From Macrostomum hystrix (Eukaryota; Animalia; Platyhelminthes): DNA of 64,000 bases. The notes under the pieces were generated by a model. The model saw only the letters and a program-made list of their open reading frames with translations. It ran no database searches and was not told where the DNA came from. The stretch lies in assembly GCA_950097015.1 (NCBI GenBank), contig CATNEN010000001.1, forward strand, positions 21,514,001 to 21,578,000, written 5' to 3'. Position numbers and translations under genes: made by a program. Positions 52,401-64,000 of the stretch are shown in pieces (the stretch's first letter is position 1; each line of letters begins with the position of its first letter).

Positions 52401-55400
52401 TAGATTATTATCTATCCTTAACCTGAGGATCTGTAGATTATTATCTATCCTTAAGATGAGGATCTGCAGATTATTATCTATCCTTAACCTGAGGATCTGT
52501 AGATTATTATCTAACCTTAACCTGAGGATCTGTAGATTATTATCTAACCTTTATCTGAGGATCTGCAGATTATTATAGATTTATAACATGAGGATCTGTA
52601 GATTATTATCTATCCTTAACCTGAGGATCTGTAGATTATTATCTATCATTAACCTGAGGATCTGTAGATTATTATCTATCCTTAACCTGAGGATCTGCAG
52701 ATTATTATCTATCCTTAACCTGAGGATCTGTAGATTATTATCTAACCTTTATCTGAGGATCTGCAGATTATTATAGATTTATAACATGAGGATCTGTAGA
52801 TTATTATCTATCCTTAACCTGAGGATCTGTAGATTATTATCTATCCTTAACCTGAGGATCTGTAGATTATTATCTATCCTTAACCTGAGGATCTGTAGAT
52901 TATTATCTATCCTTAACCTGAGGATCTGTAGATTATTATCTATCCTTAACCTGAGGATCTGTAGATTATTATCTATCCTTAACCTGAGGATCTGTAGATT
53001 ATTATCTATCCTTAACCTGAGGATCTGTAGATTATTATCTATCCTTAACCTGAGGATCTGTAGATTATTATCTATCCTTAAGATGAGGATCTGCAGATTA
53101 TTATCTATCCTTAACCTGAGGATCTGTAGATTATTATCTATCCTTAACCTGAGGATCTGTAGATTATTATCTATCCTTAACCTGAGGATCTGTAGATTAT
53201 TATCTATCCTTAACCTGAGGATCTGTAGATTATTATCTATCCTTAACCTGAGGATCTGTAGATTATTATCTATCCTTAACCTGAGGATCTGTAGATTATT
53301 ATCTATCCTTAACCTGAGGATCTGTAGATTATTATCTAACCTTAACCTGAGGATCTGTAGATTATTATCTAACCTTTATCTGAGGATCTGCAGATTATTA
53401 TACATTTATAACATGAGGATCTGTAGATTATTATCTATCCTTTATCTGAGGATCTGTAGATTATTATCTATCCTTAACCTGAGGATCTGTAGATTATTAT
53501 CTATCCTTTATCTGAGGATCTGTAGATTATTATCTATCCTTTATCTGAGGATCTGCAGATTATTATACATTTATAACATGAGGATCTGTAGATTATTATC
53601 TATCCTTTATCTGAGGATCTGCAGATTATTATCTATCCTTAACCTGAGGATCTGTAGATTATTATCTATCCTTAACCTGAGGATCTGTAGATTATTATCT
53701 ATCCTTAACCTGAGGATCTGTAGATTATTATCTATCCTTAACCTGAGGATCTGTAGATTATTATCTATCCTTTATCTGAGGATCTGCAGATTATTATGTA
53801 TCCTTACCTGAGGATCTGTAGATTATTATCTAACCTTAACATGAGGATCTGTAGATTATTATCTATCCTTTATCTGAGGATCTGCAGATTATTATCTATC
53901 CTTACCTGAGGATCTGTAGATTATTATCTATCCTTTATCTGAGGATCTGTAGATTATTATCTATCCTTTATCTGAGGATCTGCAGATTATTATCTATCCT
54001 TAACCTGAGGATCTGTAGATTATTATCTATCCTTAACCTGAGGATCTGTAGATTATTATCTATCATTAACCTGAGGATCTGTAGATTATTATCTATCCTT
54101 AACCTGAGGATCTGTAGATTATTATCTATCATTAACCTGAGGATCTGCAGATTATTATCTATCCTTAACCTGAGGATCTGTAGATTATTATCTATCATTA
54201 ACCTGAGGATCTGCAGATTATTATCTATCCTTAATCTGAGGATCTGTAGATTATTATCTAACCTCTACAGAGGATCCGTAGATTATTATCTATCCTTAAT
54301 CTGAGGATCTGTAGATTATTATCTATCCTTAATCTGAGGATCTGTAGATTATTATCTATCCTTAACCTGAGGATCTGTAGATTATTATCTATCCTTAACC
54401 TGAGGATCTGTAGATTATTATCTATCCTTAATCTGAGGATCTGTAGATTATTATCTATCCTTAACCTGAGGATCTGTAGATTATTATCTATCCTTAACCT
54501 GAGGATCTGTAGATTATTATCTATCCTTAACCTGAGGATCTGTAGATTATTATCTATCCTTAATCTGAGGATCTGTAGATTATTATCTATCCTTAACCTG
54601 AGGATCCGTAGATTATTATCTATCCTTAATCTGAGGATCTGTAGATTATTATCTATCCTTAATCTGAGGATCTGTAGATTATTATCTATCCTTAAGATGA
54701 GGATCTGCAGATTATTATCTATCCTTAATCTGAGGATCTGCAGATAACTATATATTTATAGCATGAGGATCTGTAGATTATTATCTATCATTAACCTGAG
54801 GATCTGTAGATTTTTATCTATCATTAACCTGAGGATCTGTAGATTATTATCTATCCTTAACCTGAGGATCTGTAGATTATTATCTATCCTTTATCTGAGG
54901 ATCTGCAGATTATTATACATTTATAACATGAGGATCTGTAGATTATTATCTATCATTAACCTGAGGATCTGTAGATTATTATCTATCCTTAACCTGAGGA
55001 TCTGTAGATTATTATCTATCCTTAACCTGAGGATCTGTAGATTATTATCTATCCTTAACCTGAGGATCTGTAGATTATTATCTATCCTTAACCTGAGGAT
55101 CTGTAGATTATTATCTATCCTTAATCTGAGGATCTGTAGATTATTATCTATCCTTTATCTGAGGATCTGCAGATTATTATACATTTATAACATGAGGATC
55201 TGTAGATTATTATCTATCCTTAACCTGAGGATCTGTAGATTATTATCTATCCTTAACCTGAGGATCTGTAGATTATTATCTATCCTTAACCTGAGGATCT
55301 GTAGATTATTATCTATCCTTAACCTGAGGATCTGTAGATTATTATCTATCCTTTATCTGAGGATCTGCAGATTATTATACATTTATAACATGAGGATCTG

Positions 55401-58400
55401 TAGATTATTATCTATCCTTTATCTGAGGATCTGTAGATTATTATCTATCCTTTATCTGAGGATCTGTAGATTATTATCTATCCTTTATCTGAGGATCTGT
55501 AGATTATTATCTATCCTTTATCTGAGGATCTGCAGATTATTATACATTTATAACATGAGGATCTGTAGATTATTATCTATCCTTTATCTGAGGATCTGTA
55601 GATTATTATCTATCCTTAACCTGAGGATCTGTAGATTATTATCTATCCTTAACCTGAGGATCTGTAGATTATTATCTAACCTTTATCTGAGGATCTGTAG
55701 ATTATTATCTATCCTTAATCTGAGGATCTGTAGATTATTATCTATCCTTTATCTGAGGATCTGCAGATTATTATACATTTATAACATGAGGATCTGTAGA
55801 TTATTATCTATCCTTAACCTGAGGATCTGTAGATTATTATCTATCCTTAACCTGAGGATCTGTAGATTATTATCTATCCTTAACCTGAGGATCTGTAGAT
55901 TATTATCTATCCTTAACCTGAGGATCTGCAGATTATTATCTATCCTTTATCTGAGGATCTGTAGATTATTATCTATCCTTTATCTGAGGATCTGTAGATT
56001 ATTATCTATCCTTAATCTGAGGATCTGTAGATTATTATACATTTATAACATGAGGATCTGTAGATTATTATCTATCCTTAACCTGAGGATCTGTAGATTA
56101 TTATCTATCCTTAACCTGAGGATCTGTAGATTATTATCTATCCTTAACCTGAGGATCTGTAGATTATTATCTATCCTTTATCTGAGGATCTGCAGATTAT
56201 TATACATTTATAACATGAGGATCTGTAGATTATTATCTATCCTTAACCTGAGGATCTGTAGATTATTATCTATCCTTAACCTGAGGATCTGTAGATTATT
56301 ATCTATCCTTAACCTGAGGATCTGTAGATTATTATCTATCCTTAACCTGAGGATCTGTAGATTATTATCTATCCTTAACCTGAGGATCTGTAGATTATTA
56401 TCTATCCTTAACCTGAGGATCTGTAGATTATTATCTATCCTTAACCTGAGGATCTGTAGATTATTATCTATCCTTTATCTGAGGATCTGCAGATTATTAT
56501 ACATTTATAACATGAGGATCTGTAGATTATTATCTATCCTTAACCTGAGGATCTGTAGATTATTATCTATCCTTAACCTGAGGATCTGTAGATTATTATC
56601 TATCCTTTATCTGAGGATCTGCAGATTATTATACATTTATAACATGAGGATCTGTAGATTATTATCTATCCTTAACCTGAGGATCTGTAGATTATTATCT
56701 ATCCTTTATCTGAGGATCTGCAGATTATTATACATTTATAACATGAGGATCTGTAGATTATTATCTATCATTAACCTGAGGATCTGTAGATTATTATCTA
56801 TCCTTAACCTGAGGATCTGTAGATTATTATCTAACCTTTATCTGAGGATCTGCAGATTATTATCTATCATTAACCTGAGGATCTGTAGATTATTATCTAT
56901 CCTTAATCTGAGGATCTGTAGATTATTATCTATCCTTAACCTGAGGATCTGTAGATTATTATCTATCCTTAACCTGAGGATCTGTAGATTATTATCTATC
57001 ATTAACCTGAGGATCTGTAGATTATTATCTATCCTTAACCTGAGGATCTGTAGATTATTATCTATCATTAACCTGAGGATCTGTAGATTATTATCTATCC
57101 TTAACCTGAGGATCTGTAGATTATTATCTATCATTAACCTGAGGATCTGTAGATTATTATCTATCCTTAACCTGAGGATCTGCAGATTAATATCTATCCT
57201 TAACCTGAGGATCTGTAGATTATTATCCTTAACATGAGAATCTGTCAATTATTGTGGATCCTTAATCCTTAGAATTTTGTCAATCCCTAATATAAGGATC
57301 TGAGAATTTTGTTAATCCTCACCTTCAGGTGGTCGATCTCGCACTGATATTCAAGCTCTAGCCTTTGTCGCTCAGCCCTGTCGCTGTCTCTCTGCTGTTC
57401 AGATTTGCGCAGCCTGAAAGCATGGTTTAAAAATAGCAAGCCAACAGACTCTTGCTGCTATACTGTTTACGAATGGACCCAGACAATAATATTTGCTAAT
57501 GAGACCAAGTTGTTTATCTCATTTATAATGAAATGCATATAGTCTTAATTGGTCATAACCTACTGAAACTTGGATATACCAAGTGCCTGATCCCAAGGGA
57601 TTCCGCTGGGCATTTATTCTTACTTATCACGCAGATCCTCAAGCGATTTCTCAGCGTCTAGCAGGCTGCCCAACTCGTCCAGCATCTGATGCCGCTGGTT
57701 GTCAGTGAATCGAAGCCGCAGCCACACAAGCCAGGTGCCAGCCAAGCTGCAGATTGTGCAGGCGACTGTCAGCAGGTCCTTCATGGGGCGGACCTCCTCT
57801 GGACGATAATGGAGAGACAAAAATATTCAGCATTCGCACTTAATTAATAAGAATTGCAGCCACTTCAGAAATTTATAAACGGACAGAAAAATAGGTGGAA
57901 AAATAGAAATATTGACAGACATAACAAACAGAGGAGGAGTGGCCAGACACAGAATAATAGACAGAATAACAGACAGACAGGTAGACAAACACCCAGAACA
58001 GACAGACACTGTCAACAGGTGGACACGACAATTATAATCGAACTAACGATGCAACGCCACAGCGACTCACTTCCTGCTGGCGGTCCAAACAGCACCAAAT
58101 CCGTAGCCCGAATTGCAAGCTTTTTCTTCTCCGTGTTGCTCAAAGCCTCGGCCAGGGGTGCGACAGCGGTGTGCGAGCTCAGCTCAGTCAGCTGGGGCAG
58201 GTGCGGACCGTCTATGTTGAATTGACGGACCAGAGGCTCCAGTTTGCTTAACGAGGCGTGCGAAGTGAGCCAGGCGCACACCTTCAGGGAGGGGCAGAAT
58301 GTGAAACGATTGGAGAAAGACTCGTAAAAGTATTAAGTGCAAGTGTTGTGGAACTGCTAATCTCATTACCAAGTGTTGTGGAACTGCTAATCTCATTACA

Positions 58401-59556
58401 AAGAGTTGTGGAACTGATAATCTCATTACCAAGAGTTGTGGAACTGCTAATCTCATTACCAAGTGCTGTGGAACTGCTAATCTCATTACAAAGAGTTGTG
58501 GAACTGATAATCTCATTACCAAGAGTTGTGGAACTGCTAATCTCATTACCAAGTGCTGTGGAACTGCTAATCTCATTACCAAGTGCTGTGGAACTGCTAA
58601 TCTCATTACCAAGAGTTGTGGAACTGCTAATCTCATTACCAAGAGTTGTGGAACTGCTAATCTCATTACCAAGAGTTTTGGAAGTGCTAATCTCATTACC
58701 AAGTGCTGTGGAACTGCTAATCTCATTACCAAGTGCTGAGGAACTGCTAATCTCATTACCAAGTGCTGTGGAACTGCTAATCTCATTACCAAGTGCTGTG
58801 GAACTGCTAATCTCATTACCAAGAGTTGTGGAACTGCTAATCTCATTACCAAGAGTTGTGGAACTGCTAATCTCATTACCAAGAGTTTTGGAAGTGCTAA
58901 TCTCATTACCAAGTGCTGTGGAACTGCTAATCTTATGTGTAAGATTTTTGGAAGTGCTAATCTTTCTCACAGAGTTGTGTACATTAGCCTAGACCAATCA
59001 GAAGTCGATCTCCAAGAACCCAGTTCAGGCTGCAAACGTCACTAACATCATCGACAGTCCAGCCGTGCATCTCAGATTCAAGCCAGGCTCTCCACAGATC
59101 CAACGCGTTGCTGCCGTTCTTGCCGCTTCTGCTGGCACTGTCGCCAGCTGCTCGATTGCCAGTGGACTCACGCCTAGAAAACTGCGAAATCATCCGGTTG
59201 AAGCTGTGCACCTGGCTGAGCTCTTCCCTAGCGTAGTCGTCTAGCTCGGCTGCATCAACGCTGCCGTCTTTGTCATCGTCCAGTGTGGCGTGGAGTCGTT
59301 TCAAAACTTCAAGAGCGATGGCGTCTAGCCGACAGACGCGAGGATCTGGGGCGAAACGGCACGCGTTGGTGGCGGCTGTGCCACTTCTCAAGAATCTGCG
59401 CCAGCTATCATTCTCTGCATTGTCCGGGTAATAATAAGTGCTGAGTGCGTGGGAGTCTGCATCTCCAATTGACTCTCTGCCCTCAATTGTTTGCGACAAT
59501 GCCGCCATTGATAAAAGAAGAATATGCAGAAAATTGAGTGTTTCTGCTTGTGTCAT
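40467..59556 (-). CDS. STIM: Stromal interaction molecule (STIM) ER Ca2+ sensor, ~752 aa, 10 exons
   Basis: Exons (-): 59556..59047, 58281..58071, 57798..57624, 57413..57323, 43644..43387, 42906..42800, 42714..42563, 41504..41373, 41273..41027, 40842..40467; all phases consistent. Features: signal peptide, EF-hand DDDKDGSVDAAE, DLWRAW..SE..WTVDDV, SAM ending VLFGPP, TM segment, CC1 AEKSLEDL, CAD/SOAR LQLTWESE..YY..AEQQL / ERTQRWSRIEELLG, and a polybasic C-tail. Confidence 0.93.
40900..41012. repeat. (GACA)n microsatellite in STIM intron 9
   Basis: Direct. Confidence 0.9.
41987..42054 (-). mobile_element. tRNA-like SINE head (degenerate)
   Basis: The minus strand reads GGGGGGCTAAAAGCGTAGCGATTAACGCGTTCG..GGGTTCGGATCCC, a degenerate A box plus a B box. 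Confidence 0.5.
42071..42148 (+). repeat. Inverted duplicate of the STIM exon 5 3' end, donor and intron start (43325-43398)
   Basis: GCTGCTGAAGAGGTGAGAGACCTGCTG.GGCT...AAATTTAGT.TAGTAGACTAGCTCTGA.CCCCCTT is present on + here and on - at 43398..43325. Confidence 0.9.
43700..57310. repeat. ~13.6-kb 33-bp satellite (GAGGATCTGTAGATTATTATCTATCCTTAACCT, ~400 units) occupying STIM intron 4
   Basis: Direct periodicity; bounded by STIM exons ending at 57323 and starting at 43644. Confidence 0.99.
58335..58975. repeat. 30-bp minisatellite (GAACTGCTAATCTCATTACCAAGTGCTGTG) filling STIM intron 1
   Basis: Direct periodicity. Confidence 0.97.
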
Positions 59557-61930
59557 TGTTGCTAAAAATAGGCAAGGTTATAAATAAGTTAATGATAACA
59601 CAAAACTTCAACACTAAACTGTGAAAATGCTTGCATGTTTTTGTCTCCACTGTTGTAGCTAAGTATACATAAACAGTAATGAGAATATTCTACTTCGAAT
59701 CAATAGATATTAGGATATTAAGTTTGAATCTCAACCTAATTTAAATTATTTCATGTTTCAGACAAAAACTACTTGATGGTTTTTACTAATGTAACAGGGC
59801 TTATAACTTAATTCTCTCACTGTGGTAGCGTACTCACGCGGCATGACCAGTCTCTTTTATTTATATCTCAGTATTGCACATATTTTCCTATCTACTACAC
59901 GGTGGCCCTAAAAAGGGCCGTTTTAAATCTCAGTACATTACGATTATTTTACTTCTTTTACTCAGAGATTTTTACTCAATGGTAGCGTATTGTATCTATA
60001 ATAACTATATTAACAACTATATTACTTAACTAAGGCCTTGTGTTGCACGAAAACATTGATTTTCATGTCAGCAACACTCCTCCTTTTATACAGGAGATTA
60101 CTTTGCTTTGTTTTAAAATAGACTATAGGCCTATTGTGAATATTTATCATATTGTCAATACTTTAAATACAGTATGATACAAAATCTACTTATTCAAATT
60201 TGCCCCTAATCCATTCTATATATCATCTAGTCTAATCTAGACTCAGGACATACTCAGGTAGCTTAAAGTGAAAGTATTATAACTTTCTTCATTATGGCTG
60301 TTACTACTAGAATGGACTCAGTTGGATTTGAACTCTTAGGCCCTATACACAGCTAACAGAAGCAACTTCTTTAATATTGAGATAGAAAGACTAAAATTAC
60401 TGAAGCATAGGACAAGCAAAAAAGTAAAAAGTAAGATCGAGTTTCAGGTTCTTGAAAAAATACTTATATTCAGCTTAGCATGCAAATGGTACACAGTTTG
60501 CAAAATACATATAGGCATTATATTTAAATGTTTAATATTTTATATTCCTACATATTTAAATTAGTTTATTTTAAGCAACTTTTTAAAGTAGGCTACAGTT
60601 GTCTTTTCTTTTAATTTCTACGCTATTTTCAACCAGGAAATAATATTGTATGGCCCTCTGTCTCTATAGTTTTAATAGACTCAATTCTTACATCTTACAA
60701 TACATCATTTAGGCCAAGTTAGGCCCCTATTTAAAAACAGCTTAGAAACTTACTGCTTAGAAACATACTTTATCTTTTATAGTTTTATTTTATACAAAAA
60801 ATAGTACTGTACATAAAATGTTACAAAACGTTTTAATATAGGTAAGTTCACAAGTGGACCTTAATAGCGAGTTCTTGCAAGTTGCATGAATAGAACTGCT
60901 TTCCTATTCTGAATCCTACCTCTACAATCAATAGGTAGAGGTAAGGTTAGTTAAATCAAACAGAAAACAACTAACTTAGTTGATACATATTGCGACTTAT
61001 GTCTAAGTACAGTTTAAATGCGTAGGCCCTACAGCTGTGCAATGCTCGCAACTCGTCAGTCGTCATACATATACATGCATATACGATATAATTGCCACGT
61101 GTGTGTACATTCAGGTCATACATGTATGTTGCTAGTAATTATTTTTATTACTAGTGTATTATTTTTAATCGTAAATGATTTCATATAAATTCTATATGTA
61201 CTTAAACACTACAAAATTACACTCCGCACTCTCTTATTGGCTTTGTGTTTGTTATACTTTGCGAGTTCCTAGAAATTTTAAGCTAATTTTCAGCCGAGTT
61301 GACAAAGTTGGGGTCGAACAAAGTTGGGGTAAAAATAAGTGCGCATGAGCTGAATAATGTGTGCATAAAGTTTCGATAATGGCGCAATACTCTAAGCATG
61401 AGTAACAGCACGCTACCCCTCATACCCCCCTTTATTAACAAATAAACATTTTTCATTCAGTCCATAGAGCTGCCGCAGACCAAGAAATTTAGGCGCATGT
61501 CTAACTCGATATGCGCAATTCGCCAGATATTTTTTCGTGCGATATTTTTTTCATAAGGTTGGGGGGTACGCTACGGGGGGTATAATCAGTAGTTAGTAAC
61601 AAGTTCAAGGTATTTTCGTCGAACGTATCTCTGTTGTTATACCTTACAAACAAAGTAAAGTAAGCAACTAAGGTTTTCTGTCAATATTATTGCAAAGTAT
61701 AATCACAAAGGGCTTCAGCGCTGGGGCACCACAAAGGACGGCAATCGGATTGTTACATGCACATTGTACAGTGGCTCTGTACTCCAGTTGGCAGTGGCTC
61801 TGATCATGTAGTGTGAACCAGTAATCTGTAAATGCATGATGTGTGACATGTTGCTGCTGTACTGCAAATAATTTTTGGAGATTAGGATTGAAACTCAAAT
61901 TACTCACATATTGATGTGGCCAAAAATCTT

Positions 61931-62352
61931 GGATCCTAGACACTTTGTCATCTTACAACTTCGTCATCCACTTGAAAGGTAGGACACTTTGTCATCCAGC
62001 CAATTGGCATGCTTTAAAGTTTGGTCAGTTCGTCATCTACTAATAACAAGCAATCAAGTTCGTCATCAATAAAGTGAGGGTGGGGTGGTGGGGCAGAGGT
62101 GTGAACACACTTCACACTCTAAATTGTCAAAAAGGTGTCAAAACTGATTTCATTATAAGTGTTGAAAGATAGGTGCTAACACGATATGAGGAGGGGTGGG
62201 GAGTGGTGGTTCTGTTCTAACTTTGAAAACTTTTGTTTTATAGATGACGAAGTGTCCTCAAGTCTAAGTCTCTTCGTTATCCACCCTCTAAGATATTGGA
62301 CAGATCGTCATCTGGATGACGAAGTTGTAAGATAACGAAGTGTCCAGGTACC
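61931..62352. mobile_element. 422-bp non-autonomous DNA transposon (Merlin-like MITE) with 8-bp TSD
   Basis: ~40-bp imperfect TIRs: GGATCCTAGACACTTTGTCATCTTACAACTTCGTCATCCA versus the reverse complement of the right end, GGTACCTGGACACTTCGTTATCTTACAACTTCGTCATCCA. Perfect TSD AAAATCTT at 61923-61930 and 62353-62360; internal TTCGTCATC subterminal motifs. Confidence 0.85.
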
Positions 62353-62419
62353 AAAATCTTTGGTCGCATCAATCTGTGAGCACACACTCGTCCAGCAATT
62401 GTGCTGCCGTTGCACTGCT

Positions 62420-62845
62420 GTCCGTGTATGCCTGCCAAGCACACCTCAGCTTCCAGTCTCAATGCTGCAGCTCAGAATGCTGTCTTTGGCTGGCAACAGG
62501 CACATGCCTCCAAAGTCTAGGAGCACTGACTCTATGCAAATACAGCCTCATAACTTGAGTAAATGCTACAGCACAGCAATGTAGTCAGCTTTGGCCTGGC
62601 TACTCATGATTATGAAGCAAATATCATAAAAGGCTCCTTGGCAATGTTCCTTTGAATGTGCCATCAAAAAGCCACCTACAAATGCAGCTGCAGATGCATC
62701 TGCTTGGTGTTTGCAAAAATCAGATGCCAGTGACATGTGCATGGCACTTTGACATTACCAACTATGAAGTCTGCTAGAAACAAATCTTGCTGCACCTCAA
62801 AGTCAAGGTTCATCAGGTTTGGCAGGTGCCCCTTTTTGGCCCACT
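62420..62845 (-). pseudogene. Decayed MULE (Mutator-like) transposase fragment
   Basis: Minus-strand translation across frameshifts and stops gives NLDFEVQQDLFLADFIVGNVKV..HLIFANTKQMHL / RWLFDGTFK (W codon at 62674) / IMSSQAKADYIAVL*..ESVLLDF. This matches the MULE W..DGTF and DFE catalytic motifs. Confidence 0.7.
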
Positions 62846-64000
62846 TTTGCCCCAAAAATTAGGACAACAATAATGACCAACACTTTTAACCAGCATTTCA
62901 TATTCCCTATTGGAATAAGTTTTCAGACACTGTGGACAGTGCATCTAGTGCGCCATGGCAATCATAAAGTGGCCTGGACGGTGCGTCATGACAATCTTCA
63001 AATCCTAAGGTGGTATGGACAATGTGTCATTCAAATCTTCAAATCCTAGGGTGCCATTCAAATCCTAGCGTTTTACTTACAGTTTGCTGAATTTCCACCA
63101 TGCTGCTGACTTTCTCCTGTGCATGCTTCTCATCCTTGTTCAGCAGCGCTGTATGTAGCGCGTGATGTCCTCCTTGCATCTTACCTGTGAGCTGCTGTGC
63201 GTCATGGCGCATGGCGCGCGTAGCGCGCCATGCGCCATGACTATGAGGAAAAAGAAAAAGTGCGCCGGACGCCGTCCGCGAAAATACCACTTATTCCAAT
63301 AGGGTTCATATTTTGTGGCTAACTGGTATTAAATATAAAAATTAACAAAGTTTACAAAAAAATTGACAAAGTACTTTTGATGAAACTACTTTTGACAAAA
63401 AGACCTGTCACTATTAAATAGGCCTATGCATAGGGGTAGGGCCTGCCTAATTCCAAACAAGTTCTTGCCACAAGTTATAGCTATCTATATATTTTTTTCT
63501 TATAGTCATTATTATTTGATTAATAGATTATTCTATTAGTAGTTCTAGGACCATAGGCAACTGGCAATGTATGGTAGATATAATAGGCTAAGCACATTAA
63601 GCATTTCTGGCAGTAGCCCAGCAAGCTTGCCCTGTAAACCTTAATTTAATCAAACTAAATTAAAAACTTGATAGCTAGGTCTAACCTTAGACATTTTAAT
63701 ATAAACTATTTCTAAGCCCCATTGTTCAATTTATTTTATGATCCTAGTTACAGCATTTTAACTATTTTTACAGAAGCTAAATTCTAGAGGCCTAAATGCA
63801 GCTGTGGCCTTTGATAGCTTATATTCTATTATTAGCTATAAATAATAAAACAACAATAACTAGCTAGTAGCTCATAGTAACAATGGCTAGCTAGTTGTAG
63901 GCCTAGACATTATGTAGGTAGCTAGCACTCTAGTTAGCTAGCTAGTAAGGCCCATTCTATGATTGGATTGCATTTCAGTAGGCCTAGGACCCTTACAAGT

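Noticed and set aside
43667-57237. Very long ORFs (913, 824, 341 aa) of LRICRLLSILN repeats, superficially like leucine-rich repeats
   Set aside because: They are translations of a 33-bp satellite with no stop in one frame. They are antisense within a STIM intron, broken by 32-bp units, and have no unique domains.
581-58975. CRISPR-like arrays
   Set aside because: Units are head-to-tail with no unique spacers, there are no cas genes, and the context is eukaryotic.
581-58992. Other repeat-derived ORFs ([37 protein letters not shown] etc.)
   Set aside because: These are open frames produced by minisatellite periodicity, in several frames and on both strands, and they lie in introns or intergenic DNA.
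61405-61585. C-rich/G-rich inverted motifs suggesting a MITE
   Set aside because: TIR match is imperfect and no TSD could be identified.

Overview
This is intron-rich, repeat-rich eukaryotic (animal) genomic DNA, not prokaryotic. GC-rich exons, an innexin gene and abundant minisatellites suggest a free-living flatworm such as Macrostomum; this is inference only. I reconstructed seven spliced genes by hand with phase-consistent GT-AG junctions: a Tctex1-domain dynein light chain (+), calcyphosin-2/CAPS2 (-), Tubby (+), an unidentified coiled-coil protein (+), an innexin (-), a divergent PNT+ETS transcription factor (+) and STIM (-). Most large introns are filled by their own private minisatellite (units 15-36 bp), including a ~13.6-kb 33-bp array in STIM intron 4. 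The long ORFs in the ORF track are almost all artefacts of these arrays. Mobile DNA includes at least three tRNA-headed SINE families (one copy with a perfect 12-bp TSD), a hAT-like MITE, a Merlin-like MITE with an 8-bp TSD and a decayed MULE transposase. The most notable observations are: (1) a minisatellite born inside a SINE copy; (2) an inverted copy of a STIM exon/donor junction that could pair across the Orai-activating exons; (3) a tandemly duplicated Tubby exon with only synonymous differences; (4) an ETS domain lacking a normally invariant DNA-reading arginine; (5) the one-intron-one-satellite architecture.
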